A stretch of DNA of 64,000 bases from an uncultured Candidatus Saccharibacteria bacterium (GCA_964586695.1 CAZPGQ010000002.1:6337-70336); one strand, 5' to 3'; shown: positions 50,490-60,645, numbered from the stretch's first letter. Translations and numbers: made by a program. The notes: generated by a model not told the origin, from the sequence alone.

Positions 50490-50513
50490 TTTTAATATAA
50501 ATAACAAACCAAC

Positions 50514-50858
50514 ATGACAAGAGTAAAAGGAGCGGTAAATGCACTAAAATCAAGACGAAATATACTCAGACGAGTAAAGGGTTTTAGAAATGGAAGATCA
50601 ACAAAGGAACGACAGGCACAGGAAGCTATCTTCCACGCAGGAGCTTCTGCTTTTGCTCACCGAAAGGACAAAAAGGGTGATGCTCGAAACATGTGGAACG
50701 TAAAGATCTCATACGCCCTAAAGGAAATGGGAACTTCATACAGCAAAGTTATGGGAGGACTAAAGAAGAAAGGAATCCTACTAGACCGAAAGATTCTTGC
50801 GACACTAGTTGAGGAGAATCCAGAAACATTTAAGAAAGTAGTAGCCCTAGCAAAGTAG
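50514..50858 (+). CDS. rplT: 50S ribosomal protein L20
   Basis: MTRVKGAVNALKSRRNILRRVKGF...GTSYSKVMGGLKKKGILLDRKILA. Confidence 0.85.
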   Translation: MTRVKGAVNALKSRRNILRRVKGFRNGRSTKERQAQEAIFHAGASAFAHRKDKKGDARNMWNVKISYALKEMGTSYSKVMGGLKKKGILLDRKILATLVEENPETFKKVVALAK

Positions 50859-50974
50859 GATCTCCAAATTTGGCGAATTCCTCGTTCCCAAATTTAAAAT
50901 CTTCGTCACCTTATGCTCGATAAGGCTCCTCAAATTTTAAATTTCTCACATCGGATTTCACTCAAATTTTGAAA

Positions 50975-51003
50975 TCCTAAACAAAAAACCGCCATCTGGC
51001 GGT
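50975..51003. terminator. Rho-independent terminator after rplT (bidirectional with 51010-52092)
   Basis: aaaaaaccgccatctggcggtttttt. Confidence 0.7.
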
Positions 51004-51009
51004 TTTTTG

Positions 51010-52092
51010 TTATTTAATGAATTTAAATGTGGAGAGAATTTTATCAAAAAACTCCTGATTATTTTCTGGATGTATATAGAAAACATGTGTAACATCTTCG
51101 ACGGTATGAGATACTATTCTATAAAAACTATAATGGGTTGGAATTGTATACTCATAATCAAAAATTGTCCATTTAATGTTATTTATAATTGATTCTTTTT
51201 CAGCAATTTTTTTACCTCCAAATACTAATAACTTACTAGTGTTTTTAATAATCGAAAAAGTTGTTAAAGATCGACTAAGTCCACCATTATCTACTCCAAC
51301 ATCCATCCTAAATAGGATATCCTGGTTATTTATTAAATTATCGATTTCAATATCTTCTATATAAGGATCATTAAATACCGGATACTTAAACTCAAATCCA
51401 TACTCCTCATTTCGATAAGTATTCCAGTTAGAAATGTCAGTAGTTGTTGAGTTAAAAAATTTAAATGTTGAGAGAATCTTAATTATATATTTATCATAAT
51501 CATAAAATGAGTTACCGTTCTGATAGAACTTAGATACTTCAAACTTAAACACATTTTTATTATCTGAAAAATAGTATGAAAATCCATCACTTCCATCTGC
51601 ACTGTTTATACTTTTTACTACACTATTACCATTGATTATTAATTTTGATTTTGAATCAATAAACTCTGTATTGTAATTTTCTAACCATTTATCAATATTC
51701 ATTCCATTAGAATCTGTGATTGAAACATATATGCCCTTATAAGGTTTATTTAGATCTTGCATATCTATAACCCTAAACAAATCTTCCTTGCCATCAATAG
51801 TCCAATCTTTTGGGTACTTAAACTCAAATCCATACTGTTCATTTCTATATGTTTTCCAATTACTAACATCACTACTGGATTCTACAACATTGTAAGGTTT
51901 TAAAGAATATGCACATTTAGGACCTAGCTCATAACCCAAATAATCCTCCTCAAAACAAGGGTTATTAAAAACTACAAAACCGATTACGACCATAATTAAT
52001 ACAATTAATACAAAAAGTGAGGCGACAATTATTATGAACTTACGATTGTTTTTATGTTCTGGTGGTAGAGCTAAAGGAGTTTGTGGTTCCAT
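51010..52092 (-). CDS. Membrane-anchored secreted protein with internally duplicated domain (SNWKTYRNEQYGFEFKYP / SNWNTYRNEEYGFEFKYP ... ILSTFKF)
   Basis: 360 aa, N-terminal TM, two repeated about 150-aa modules. Confidence 0.55.
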   Translation of the reverse strand: MEPQTPLALPPEHKNNRKFIIIVASLFVLIVLIMVVIGFVVFNNPCFEEDYLGYELGPKCAYSLKPYNVVESSSDVSNWKTYRNEQYGFEFKYPKDWTIDGKEDLFRVIDMQDLNKPYKGIYVSITDSNGMNIDKWLENYNTEFIDSKSKLIINGNSVVKSINSADGSDGFSYYFSDNKNVFKFEVSKFYQNGNSFYDYDKYIIKILSTFKFFNSTTTDISNWNTYRNEEYGFEFKYPVFNDPYIEDIEIDNLINNQDILFRMDVGVDNGGLSRSLTTFSIIKNTSKLLVFGGKKIAEKESIINNIKWTIFDYEYTIPTHYSFYRIVSHTVEDVTHVFYIHPENNQEFFDKILSTFKFIK

Positions 52093-52099
52093 ATATTAA

Positions 52100-53494
52100 T
52101 TATACATCCAATTTGTATGAGACTCCACGTTCAGGATAAATAGCATCAACCTCAAGTTCGTCTCGGAGTCTTTGAGAAAGATATGTCGAAGATTTTGGCT
52201 CACCCATTACCACAAAAACTTTCTTTACTGTCTTTGCTGTGTTTTCTACCAGTCCAACTATTCCATCTGAATCCTTGTGAGAAGAGTAGCCAGATATCAT
52301 TTCTATTCTCGCCCTTACTGGGATCATTTGACCTTTTATTTCTATCTCTTTTGGTTTGTCTTGTATCCGTCTGCCCAGAGTCCCAATAGCTTGGTAGCCC
52401 ATAAGTAGCACAGTGCTTTTTGGATCAGGTAAGAAATGTAACTCATGCCACACCACTCGCCCACCGGATGACATACCTGAGCCAGCGATAACTATCTTTG
52501 GACTTTCTGCTCGCTCTATTTCCTGTGAGTCTCTAGAACCATGAGTGATGGTGAGTTTTGGAAAGTTGAAAATGTTGTCACCACCTTTTATTTCTTTTTG
52601 TACTCCATCGTTAAAATCCTTTATATGCTGAGCATAAATATTTGTAACTTTCTGACCAAGTGGAGAGTCCAGATATATAGGAACAGATGGTATTTTTTTA
52701 TCCTCTACCAGATTATTTAACTCATAAAGTATTACCTGAGTTCGTTCTATAGAAAATGCAGGTATAACAAGAGTTCCCCCACTCTGGATTGTCTCTGTGA
52801 CTATCTGTCTGAAACGTGCGTCTCTTTCTTCTTTTGACTCATGATTTCTATCCCCATAAACACTATCAACGATAAGATAGTCTGCATCGGTTATGGCTTC
52901 TGTATCTTTGAGTAGAGGTGTTGGAGAATTACCTGAGTCACCAGTGAAAACTATTTTCTTGCCATTATATTTAAACTCATACATAGAAGAACCAAGTATA
53001 TGTCCAGCATCCTTCAGATAAACAGAGAAATCTTCTCCAACTTTTGTTTCTGTGTGATATGGAATAGTTTTCCAAAGTGAAAAAGCTGTGTCGAGGTCAG
53101 CCAAAGTATAAAGCGGTTCTTCGGCAACTTTGTCCTGTGGGGCATTTAATCCCAGCTGTTTTGCATTCATTTCCATGACCTTTAGTGCGTCAGCAAGCAT
53201 TGGCATAGCTATTTCTTTTGTTTCTGGAGTTGAATATATAGTTCCACGGAAACCCTCTCTTACTATCTTCCCCACTCTTCCTATGTGGTCGAGATGAGCA
53301 TGAGTTATAAAAAGAAAATCCACAGATTTAACATCATAGTCAAAAGGTTTTTTATTTTCATCAAAAGCGTCTGGCGTTCCCTGAAGTAAACCGCAATCTA
53401 CAGCAATTTTTGTCTTTGGTGATTCCAAAAGAAAGTTAGCACCTGTCACTGTTCCAACTCCTCCATAAAAAGTTATTCTCAAATTATCGCTCAT
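52100..53494 (-). CDS. MBL-fold beta-CASP-type metallohydrolase (RNase J / CPSF-like)
   Basis: HxHxDH motif ITHAHLDHIG. N-terminal TFYGGVGTVTGANFLL. Confidence 0.55.
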   Translation of the reverse strand: MSDNLRITFYGGVGTVTGANFLLESPKTKIAVDCGLLQGTPDAFDENKKPFDYDVKSVDFLFITHAHLDHIGRVGKIVREGFRGTIYSTPETKEIAMPMLADALKVMEMNAKQLGLNAPQDKVAEEPLYTLADLDTAFSLWKTIPYHTETKVGEDFSVYLKDAGHILGSSMYEFKYNGKKIVFTGDSGNSPTPLLKDTEAITDADYLIVDSVYGDRNHESKEERDARFRQIVTETIQSGGTLVIPAFSIERTQVILYELNNLVEDKKIPSVPIYLDSPLGQKVTNIYAQHIKDFNDGVQKEIKGGDNIFNFPKLTITHGSRDSQEIERAESPKIVIAGSGMSSGGRVVWHELHFLPDPKSTVLLMGYQAIGTLGRRIQDKPKEIEIKGQMIPVRARIEMISGYSSHKDSDGIVGLVENTAKTVKKVFVVMGEPKSSTYLSQRLRDELEVDAIYPERGVSYKLDV

Positions 53495-53912
53495 TTGTTT
53501 TTATAAATTTAAGTGAATATAAGATACCAACATAACCTCCGAAAAGATCCATGATTATATCAAAGATAGTATCTTTGATATAAGAAGCCCCATCTGACAA
53601 AAAAGTGATGTCAGCATAAATTTCAAAAAATTCCCAACCAACTCCAACAACCAACACGGAAAGCAAAAACAAACCTATAGCTTTTGCTTTATTTTGAGTA
53701 AATAGAGAAAAATAATAACACAAAATAGCAAAAGCCATTGATACAGCAAATCCTCCACCAAAGTGCATTAGCTTATCAAACCACCAGTAGTTCCAAGACA
53801 GATACAATTTTTCATCCACAAAATAGAAAAAGGCTATTACTAGCAATAAAGATACAAGTCTTTTAAAAAGTCTCTTTTGAAACATGGATTTATTGTAACC
53901 TAAAAATGCCAT
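53484..53912 (-). CDS. Small polytopic membrane protein (VanZ-like?), function unknown
   Basis: 142 aa, 4 hydrophobic segments. Confidence 0.4.
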   Translation of the reverse strand: MAFLGYNKSMFQKRLFKRLVSLLLVIAFFYFVDEKLYLSWNYWWFDKLMHFGGGFAVSMAFAILCYYFSLFTQNKAKAIGLFLLSVLVVGVGWEFFEIYADITFLSDGASYIKDTIFDIIMDLFGGYVGILYSLKFIKTNER

Positions 53913-54159
53913 AAACTAAAACATCCACATTGAAGTGGATGGTCTAGTGGGATCACAGACGATATTTCCCTACCGAAAAAGTAGGTGGGTGCCCGCAAAT
54001 GTATTCGTCAGAACCAAAAATAAATCAGGCTCATCGTGACACAAAGATATAAGGCTCCCGAAATGTTATTTAGGAGGAAAATATCATGAGTGACCCTGGT
54101 AACATTATAACTCTGTTTTTTTGCTACGGAACTTGCAGGAATTACAAAATGGGTTGGAA

Positions 54160-54762
54160 TTATTCTAGAATACCGTCTAGATTTACATCGTACAGTATCT
54201 GCTCCTGAACAAGACGGTAATTTATCATTTCCTCTGGCTTGAACCAGTGTTTTATCTCATCTTCTGCATCTTTTGCTGAACCAGAACAATGCAAGACATT
54301 TCTGATAGATCTCTCATCTGCATCTGACATAGCATATGAATCCAAAACAAAATCCCCTCTTATTGTACCTACATCTGAAGAAAGAGGTTCTGTACCGCCA
54401 GTAATTTTTTTAACAATTTTTTGTGCATGTGCACCCTCCAACACCATAGCAACAAGAGGTCCGGAAGTCATGAACGGCCAAAGTTTATTGAGAAGTTTTT
54501 CTGTTACTTCTAAAGGGTCATTTGTTGGAGGAGTTAACCCCTTATCCAAATATCCTTTTATTGTTTTCTCTCCAGTTATACGTCTCCACTCTGGATCAAG
54601 TGTGTAATGCTTTATGATTTGCTCTTTATCAGCAACGATCATTTTCATAGCAACTAATTTCAACCCCACTCTTTCAAAACGAGAAATGACTTCACCAATC
54701 AGGCCCCTCTGTACTCCGTCTGGCTTTACTGCCACAAAAGTTCTTTCTTTTTTTGGATGCAT
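54160..54762 (-). CDS. ndk: Nucleoside diphosphate kinase (with insertion)
   Basis: ERTFVAVKPDGVQRGLIGEVISRFERVGLKLVAMK and active-site NVLHCSGS. Confidence 0.75.
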   Translation of the reverse strand: MHPKKERTFVAVKPDGVQRGLIGEVISRFERVGLKLVAMKMIVADKEQIIKHYTLDPEWRRITGEKTIKGYLDKGLTPPTNDPLEVTEKLLNKLWPFMTSGPLVAMVLEGAHAQKIVKKITGGTEPLSSDVGTIRGDFVLDSYAMSDADERSIRNVLHCSGSAKDAEDEIKHWFKPEEMINYRLVQEQILYDVNLDGILE

Positions 54763-54769
54763 ATCTTTA

Positions 54770-55552
54770 TTATTTAGTTAATATTATGGGATCTCCTTCT
54801 GTGATGGCGACTGTATGTTCAAAGTGAGCAGCATTAGTTCCATCTGCTGTTTTATATGTATAACCATCACGAGCAAGAACTATTTTATCTGTACCCAAAG
54901 TAAGCATAGGTTCTATCGCAATAACCATTCCAGGCTTTAACAATTCTCCTGTGCCTTTCTTTCCTTCATTTGGTACATATGGGTCTTCGTGAACTTTATA
55001 TCCCACACCATGTCCAGCCAAGCCTTCTGAAAGACCGTAACCCAAACCCCTGGCGAATGTTCCTATTGCCTCCCCTATATCACCAACCCTAGAGCCCCCT
55101 CTGGCGGCCTTAATTCCGAGGTACAAAGCCTCTTTTGTGTGCTCTAGCAACTTTCTATCTTCCTCTAGAACACTGCCAACTGGCACCGTTATAGCACTGT
55201 CTGTAATAAGTCCTTGATGAACCAGACCGAGATCCAGAGAAACGATGTCACCATCCTGCAAAATAAGAGGATCTTCATTTGGTATTCCGTGAACTATTTC
55301 ATTGTTTACAGAAACACATAGTGCTGCTGGATAAGGTCTTTTTGCACCGTGTGGTGTGTAGTTCAAAAATGCAGCAGTGTCCCCACCTTCATGAATTAAT
55401 TTTTGCGCATAGTCTTCTAGATGCTGTGTCGAAACTCCCGGAGCTACCTTTTTTGCAACTTCAGCAAGAATATATGCGTGGCGTTTGCCACCCTCTCTCA
55501 TTATCTCTATTTCCTCCTGTGTTTTTATATTTATAGCCATTTTATAATCCAA
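54770..55552 (-). CDS. map: Methionine aminopeptidase type I
   Basis: Metal-binding residues in DIVSLDLG...HGVGYKVHEDP...IAIEPM. Confidence 0.85.
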   Translation of the reverse strand: MDYKMAINIKTQEEIEIMREGGKRHAYILAEVAKKVAPGVSTQHLEDYAQKLIHEGGDTAAFLNYTPHGAKRPYPAALCVSVNNEIVHGIPNEDPLILQDGDIVSLDLGLVHQGLITDSAITVPVGSVLEEDRKLLEHTKEALYLGIKAARGGSRVGDIGEAIGTFARGLGYGLSEGLAGHGVGYKVHEDPYVPNEGKKGTGELLKPGMVIAIEPMLTLGTDKIVLARDGYTYKTADGTNAAHFEHTVAITEGDPIILTK

Positions 55553-56132
55553 GTTTAGACATCAACTCTTTGTTCACCTCTACGATAGACTGTTCACCAT
55601 TTACAGTTATAAAGTTGTAAAATTCATTATTCTTAAAATACTCTACTGCAGAAAGTACATTATTCTCAAACCAATCCAATCTTTTTTCAATTTGCTCCAA
55701 CTTATCATCTCCTCTTTCTCTTGCGAGCAACTTTTCTCTTGCCCACTCACGAGAAACTTCAATCATAATCACATACGGCTTTTCCCTGTTATAAAACTTC
55801 ATTGCAGAATTAAGTATTGGCGCCTCATGTGCTCGCCTAGAAAGACCGTCGAGTATCATATGTTCATCACCACTAACATGTCTAACAAAATATTCTGACC
55901 AAAGCCAAATAGGCAAGAACTCTGGAAGAAGACCCCCACCATCAATTAACTCTTTCGTCTTCATAGATGTAAATGAAGCCTCTGTCATAAACTCTCGAAA
56001 GCGTCTACCAGTTTCAATATATAAAGTCTTTCTTTCCGGATCAACACTTTGTAAATGATCGATAAGAATTCTTGCTTGTGTTCCCTTTCCGGCTCCTGAT
56101 GGACCGAAAAATATGAAAGTTTTTGGTGTCAT
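55542..56132 (-). CDS. adk: Adenylate kinase (start at MTPKTFIFFGPSGAGKGTQ)
   Basis: P-loop GPSGAGKGTQA. LID/NMP-binding regions. Confidence 0.8.
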   Translation of the reverse strand: MTPKTFIFFGPSGAGKGTQARILIDHLQSVDPERKTLYIETGRRFREFMTEASFTSMKTKELIDGGGLLPEFLPIWLWSEYFVRHVSGDEHMILDGLSRRAHEAPILNSAMKFYNREKPYVIMIEVSREWAREKLLARERGDDKLEQIEKRLDWFENNVLSAVEYFKNNEFYNFITVNGEQSIVEVNKELMSKLGL

Positions 56133-56195
56133 AAGATGAGTATAGCAAAATTTATACAAACGATAAACGACGGCCACTCCTCCAAGTGGACGTCG

Positions 56196-57176
56196 TTAGA
56201 AACGAATTTCAGACTGAACTGCTTTGCCATTCCAAGGGACTTCTTCTCGAGGAATATCGAAGAGGCCGTACTGGAAGTGTGGACCCACCCAGACACCTAG
56301 GGCTGGGACTGACAAAAGATCCCCGAGGTCTGCTGGTCGAACAACTGGTTCGACGATAGTTTCTTCCGTTTTTGGCACGATGACCGCATGCGGAAGAATC
56401 TCGAGGTTAACCTGTACGGGGTTTCTCCGCCACAGAGGGACTCTCGTCAGAAAACCGACAATCTCCTTGAACCGCTTTACTTGTTCGTAGGAAATGGAAG
56501 CTTCCCTTTCGAGTAGTGAGTGATGGAGTCTCTCAGCCCACTTTCGGTGACCAGCAGATTCGAAGCGGAACTTTTCAGGTCCATCGTTCCATGCAGATCG
56601 CCAACTACGAGCCATGAACGAAAGCTCGTGTGGCACAATCTCACAGGATCCAACCAGCGAAGCCAGCCTCTGGGCCAACTGCCAGTCGGTGTCTGTGTAC
56701 AGGAAGTACTTGTGGTGGTCACCTTTAGTCCTAGACTCACCAGAAATACTCGGCCCTGGAAAATATGGAACCAACTGCCAACGAAGAGCTATGCAACCCT
56801 TTATGACAGTTTGACGGTACAGATAAGTCAGCTTCTCAGGATGCAGACCTTGTCTTATCTTCCTTTGCAGACTCTTGGCCTTGAACAGGAAGTCACCAAT
56901 CGGAGTTCCGGCAGAATACTCTACATTTTTCCGACTGGAGAATTTACGAGCCCAATAGTCGAGCTCCGCAAGCAGGTCACTGTCTGACAGAAGTGTAACC
57001 TGCGGTAGGTAGTACAGACGAACCTCGTCGGACTTTTCAGGGTCAGACTTTGGGTCGTAGTCTGGGAATAGTGCTTGTAGCCTTTTCCCAAACTTAGTAT
57101 TTTCCTTTGCTGGTGTCGGGGTAATATTTCGTAAAGCCTTCATGGGCGATACGAAAGACAAAACTCTCGCAGCCAT
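56196..57176 (-). CDS. GC-rich foreign ORF (326 aa from MAARVLSFVSP...) inserted between secY and adk. Function unknown.
   Basis: Composition visibly richer in G+C than all neighbours (many overlapping spurious ORFs in the track). RBS aagagg 6 nt upstream of ATG 57176. No recognisable catalytic motif by eye. Confidence 0.6.
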   Translation of the reverse strand: MAARVLSFVSPMKALRNITPTPAKENTKFGKRLQALFPDYDPKSDPEKSDEVRLYYLPQVTLLSDSDLLAELDYWARKFSSRKNVEYSAGTPIGDFLFKAKSLQRKIRQGLHPEKLTYLYRQTVIKGCIALRWQLVPYFPGPSISGESRTKGDHHKYFLYTDTDWQLAQRLASLVGSCEIVPHELSFMARSWRSAWNDGPEKFRFESAGHRKWAERLHHSLLEREASISYEQVKRFKEIVGFLTRVPLWRRNPVQVNLEILPHAVIVPKTEETIVEPVVRPADLGDLLSVPALGVWVGPHFQYGLFDIPREEVPWNGKAVQSEIRF

Positions 57177-57219
57177 GAAAACCTCTTTCTGAAATTCGTG
57201 TGAAGAACAGCCTGAATGA

Positions 57220-57278
57220 ATGTTAAACAAACACAAAAACAGTGTCAAAGAATTTTCGTTCTTTGACACTGTTTTTGA
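57220..57278 (-). promoter_or_regulatory. Hairpin-plus-promoter module: 18-bp-arm palindrome (57235-57276) whose 3' arm carries TTGACA (-35), 17-nt spacer, TAACAT (-10), upstream of the GC-rich ORF
   Basis: aaaaacagtgtcaaagaa-ttttc-gttctttgacactgttttt. -35 at 57243-57248 and -10 at 57220-57225 on the minus strand. Confidence 0.5.
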
Positions 57279-57424
57279 TTTTCCGCAATGCTGTGTTCAA
57301 AATTCTGAGGATTTTTGTTGAAGTTCGAAGTTTGCAGATTTTACTTTCGACCAAGCTGTACACTGAGTACTGCGCGTGGAGGAAGTAAAATCGAGAACAA
57401 AGAAATTCGGCGAAAAGACCAGAA

Positions 57425-58696
57425 TTAATATTCTCGGATAGAAACTTGTGCATCAACTCGCTTAATCAGGTCGATTACCACTGATACAACGATAAGCAAT
57501 GCTGTACCACCAACTGAAACTGCTGTGATTCCTGTAACACCTCGCATAATAAGAGGTAGAACTGCAATGAAACCTAGGAACAACGCGCCAACTAAAGTTA
57601 GTCGAGTAAGTATTCGAGCAATATGTTCTGAAGTTGATTTTCCTGGTCGAACTCCTGGAATAAACGCTCCGTTCTTCTGTAGGTTAGTTGAAATCTGATC
57701 TGGATCAAATGTAACTGCTGTGTAGAAATATGTGAAGATAAACACAAGCAAGAAATATGCAATAGCGTAGAACCAACTGTTAGCAAGAACTGTTAGGACT
57801 GCAGATGAAATTGTTTGAACTATTGAGTTAGAAGAGTTTTCCAAGAATCTCAAAATCATCTGTGGGAAAAGAAGAATAGAAAGTGCAAAGATAATTGGGA
57901 TAACTCCTGCTTGGTTTATTCGTAGTGGTAGGTATGTAGATGTTCCACCGTATACCCTGTTTCCTCTTACCTGCTTTGCATATGTAACTGGTATTGGTCT
58001 TTCTGCTTCTGTGATGATAACCACTGCAACAATAACAATAACTGCAATAACTGCGAATGCTAGATAAACAGGAATCTGTGATGGATCAAATGAGAAAGCT
58101 AACTGTGAAATTACTGTAGGAAGAGACGCTACGATACCAGAGAAAATAATCAGACTCATTCCGTTTCCAATACCGTACTCTGTGATTAGTTCACCAACCC
58201 ACATCAACAGAACTGATCCAGCTGTTATTACTAAAATATTTGTAACCAAAGCAAGAGGAGGAAGGTGTGCTATTACACTCTGACTCTCTAGAAGTTTTAT
58301 AAAACTGAAAGACTGAAGTACAGCAAGAGGAACAGTGATTAATCTAGAATATTGCGCGAACTTCATTCTTCCTGCCTCACCTTCTTCCTGATACATCTCC
58401 TTTAGTCGTGGAGACATGATAGTCAAAAGTTGCATTATGATAGACCCTGTAATGTAAGGACCTACTCCAAGCATCACTATAGAAAGCTGTGAAAGTCCTC
58501 CTCCAGAGAAAATGTTAAGCAAACCAAAAAACTCATTACTTGTAAAAAACTGTGCAAGTCTTCCACGATCAACTCCTGGAACAGGAATAGAAGCTAAAAC
58601 TCTAAAAAGAGCTAAAGCAAAAAGTGTGAAAAATATTCTTCGTCTCAGGATTCTATCTGCAAAGACGAGTGAAAATTTATTAAAGAATTCTTTCAT
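57425..58696 (-). CDS. secY: Preprotein translocase subunit SecY
   Basis: 423 aa, 10 TM, conserved SecY blocks. Confidence 0.9.
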   Translation of the reverse strand: MKEFFNKFSLVFADRILRRRIFFTLFALALFRVLASIPVPGVDRGRLAQFFTSNEFFGLLNIFSGGGLSQLSIVMLGVGPYITGSIIMQLLTIMSPRLKEMYQEEGEAGRMKFAQYSRLITVPLAVLQSFSFIKLLESQSVIAHLPPLALVTNILVITAGSVLLMWVGELITEYGIGNGMSLIIFSGIVASLPTVISQLAFSFDPSQIPVYLAFAVIAVIVIVAVVIITEAERPIPVTYAKQVRGNRVYGGTSTYLPLRINQAGVIPIIFALSILLFPQMILRFLENSSNSIVQTISSAVLTVLANSWFYAIAYFLLVFIFTYFYTAVTFDPDQISTNLQKNGAFIPGVRPGKSTSEHIARILTRLTLVGALFLGFIAVLPLIMRGVTGITAVSVGGTALLIVVSVVIDLIKRVDAQVSIREY

Positions 58697-58701
58697 AGTA
58701 T

Positions 58702-59142
58702 TTATTTTACACTACCACCAGCTTTCTCGATAGCAGTCTTAGCAGTAGCTGAGACAAGACATCCTTCAAAACTTAGTTTTTTATCTAGTGCTCCTGTTGC
58801 CAAAATCTTTACCTTTGGAAGGTTTCCTTTAGACATTGTTAGTACGTTGTACTTTACCAATGATTCTGGAGAAACAACATCTCCGTTTTTACATAGTTTG
58901 TTCAATAGACCCAAGTTTACTGTAGAGAATTTTGACTGGATACTTGTGTTCAAGTTCTTTCCTCGTCCTCGAAGCTTTGGAAGTCTCTTTATGAAGTCTC
59001 GGATTTCTGGTCGCTTCTTGTGACCTGCTCGAGCATTCTGTCCCTTTGTACCTCGTCCAGAAGTTTTTCCACGAGTTCCACCTCTTCCCATCTGTCGGTG
59101 CTTCTTGTTCTTTGTTACTCTTTTTAGTTCGTGACTTTGCAT
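58702..59142 (-). CDS. rplO: 50S ribosomal protein L15
   Basis: GRGGTRGKTSGRGTKGQNARAG. Confidence 0.85.
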   Translation of the reverse strand: MQSHELKRVTKNKKHRQMGRGGTRGKTSGRGTKGQNARAGHKKRPEIRDFIKRLPKLRGRGKNLNTSIQSKFSTVNLGLLNKLCKNGDVVSPESLVKYNVLTMSKGNLPKVKILATGALDKKLSFEGCLVSATAKTAIEKAGGSVK

Positions 59143-59153
59143 ATATTTTTAAA

Positions 59154-59735
59154 TTATTTAGCTGGCTTCAACATCTGAAGAGCTTTTATTGTAGCCTTTG
59201 CGTTGTTTATCTTGTTCTTTGATCTTGAGAAAAACTTAGCACTAACCTCTTTGATTCCTGCCATCTCTAGAACAACACGAGCAGATGAACCTGCTAGAAC
59301 TCCCTTTCCTGGAGCTCTCATGATAAGAACTTGTGATCCAGAAAACTTTGCCTTTACATCATGTGGAACTGAACCATGCTTTGTTAAGTTCACCTTGATC
59401 ATATTCTTTCGAGCGTCTCGAACTGCTTTGTCGATAGCGACAGGAGTGTCTCCAGCCTTACCCATTCCAACTCCAACTCTTCCTTTGTGATCACCAATAA
59501 CTACACCAACTGAAAATGAGAATCTTCGTCCTCCAGTAACAACACGAGTCACTCTTCGGATTCCGATAAGTTTCTGATCGAATTCAGGTTTAACACGAGC
59601 CTCTCTTCTTGGAGCGCCTTTTCGTGAGTTCTTCTTGAACTCTCTTCCTCCTCGGTTATCCTGTGCAGGAATAGTAGCCTCTACTGGTAGAGTTGTTGCT
59701 GTAACTTCTTCTGTTTTTATTACGTCTGTATCCAT
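59154..59735 (-). CDS. rpsE: 30S ribosomal protein S5
   Basis: VTRVVTGGRRFSFSVGVVIGDHKGRVGVGMGKAGDTPVAIDKA. Confidence 0.85.
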   Translation of the reverse strand: MDTDVIKTEEVTATTLPVEATIPAQDNRGGREFKKNSRKGAPRREARVKPEFDQKLIGIRRVTRVVTGGRRFSFSVGVVIGDHKGRVGVGMGKAGDTPVAIDKAVRDARKNMIKVNLTKHGSVPHDVKAKFSGSQVLIMRAPGKGVLAGSSARVVLEMAGIKEVSAKFFSRSKNKINNAKATIKALQMLKPAK

Positions 59736-59744
59736 ATGTTTTTA

Positions 59745-60095
59745 TTAAAACTTAAGTCCTCCAGCTCTTGCTCCATCAGCCAAAGCTTTAACTGCACCTG
59801 TATAAATAAATCCTCCTCGATCAAAAACTATCTTCTCGACTTTTAATGCGATAGCTTTCTTTGCCATTTCTTCACCAACCTTTACTGACTTCTCCATCAT
59901 TCCCTTTCCTTTTACATCTCGTGAGTGAACAGAAGCAAGAGTCTTACCACTTGAGTCATCAATAAGCTGAGCAGAGATATGCTTGTTTGATTTGAAAATA
60001 GAAAGACGTGGCATTTCTTTTGTACCAGAAATCTTTGATCGTATTCGAGCATGTCGTCTTGTTCTACTTGCTACTTTTGAGTTTGTTGTTTTCAT
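59745..60095 (-). CDS. rplR: 50S ribosomal protein L18 (start at MKTTNSKVASRTRRHARIR; the track extends to 60155)
   Basis: RTRRHARIRSKISGT...FDRGGFIYTGAVKALADGARAGGLKF. Confidence 0.8.
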   Translation of the reverse strand: MKTTNSKVASRTRRHARIRSKISGTKEMPRLSIFKSNKHISAQLIDDSSGKTLASVHSRDVKGKGMMEKSVKVGEEMAKKAIALKVEKIVFDRGGFIYTGAVKALADGARAGGLKF

Positions 60096-60111
60096 AATTT
60101 TATTTTGGAGA

Positions 60112-60645
60112 TTATGCTGTCTTCTTACCTTGCTTTCGTTTAATAACCTCACCATCGTATCTCATTCCCTTACCCTTGTATGGTTCAGGCTTCTTCATAG
60201 ATCGTAAGTTTGCAGCAAATTCACCGACAACTTCTTTATCAATTCCAGAAACTGTTATAACGTTCTTCTCTGCTGTAACTTTCAAAGTAGCTGGGATAGG
60301 TACATTTACTGGGTGTGAGAAACCAAGAGCAAGAACAAGGTTAGTTCCCTTTACTTCTGACTTGTATCCAATACCTTCTAGAATAAGTTTCTTTACAAAA
60401 GGAGTTGTAACACCTGCCACCATGTTCATAACATGAGAAGCATATGTTCCCCAAAGTGCTCGGTTTTCAAGAGACATTGTCTTTGGAGCTAGAGTAACGT
60501 TTCCATCTGCGATTGTTACATCGATATCATTTTTAAAATTCTTTGAAAGAGATCCTTGTGCACCTTTCACAGTCAAAACACCGTTAACTAAAGTAACTTC
60601 TGTTCCTGCTGGTATCGCTATTATTTTTTTTCCGATTCGTGACAT
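60112..60645 (-). CDS. rplF: 50S ribosomal protein L6
   Basis: MSRIGKKIIAIPAGTEVTL... two alpha/beta repeats. Confidence 0.85.
   Translation of the reverse strand: MSRIGKKIIAIPAGTEVTLVNGVLTVKGAQGSLSKNFKNDIDVTIADGNVTLAPKTMSLENRALWGTYASHVMNMVAGVTTPFVKKLILEGIGYKSEVKGTNLVLALGFSHPVNVPIPATLKVTAEKNVITVSGIDKEVVGEFAANLRSMKKPEPYKGKGMRYDGEVIKRKQGKKTA

Noticed and set aside
53920-54160. About 40-aa ORF (MSDPGNIITLFFCYGTCRNYKMGWNYSRIPSRFTSYSICS) with aggagg RBS between 53484-53912 and ndk
   Set aside because: Too short and unconserved to call. Could equally be leader sequence. Noted only.
56224-56987. Plus-strand ORFs (56224-56490, 56520-56987, 56614-56814) and minus ORF 56477-56740 inside the secY-adk insert
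   Set aside because: Typical random ORFs in a GC-rich segment. They overlap the longer minus-strand ORF that has an RBS and a promoter.
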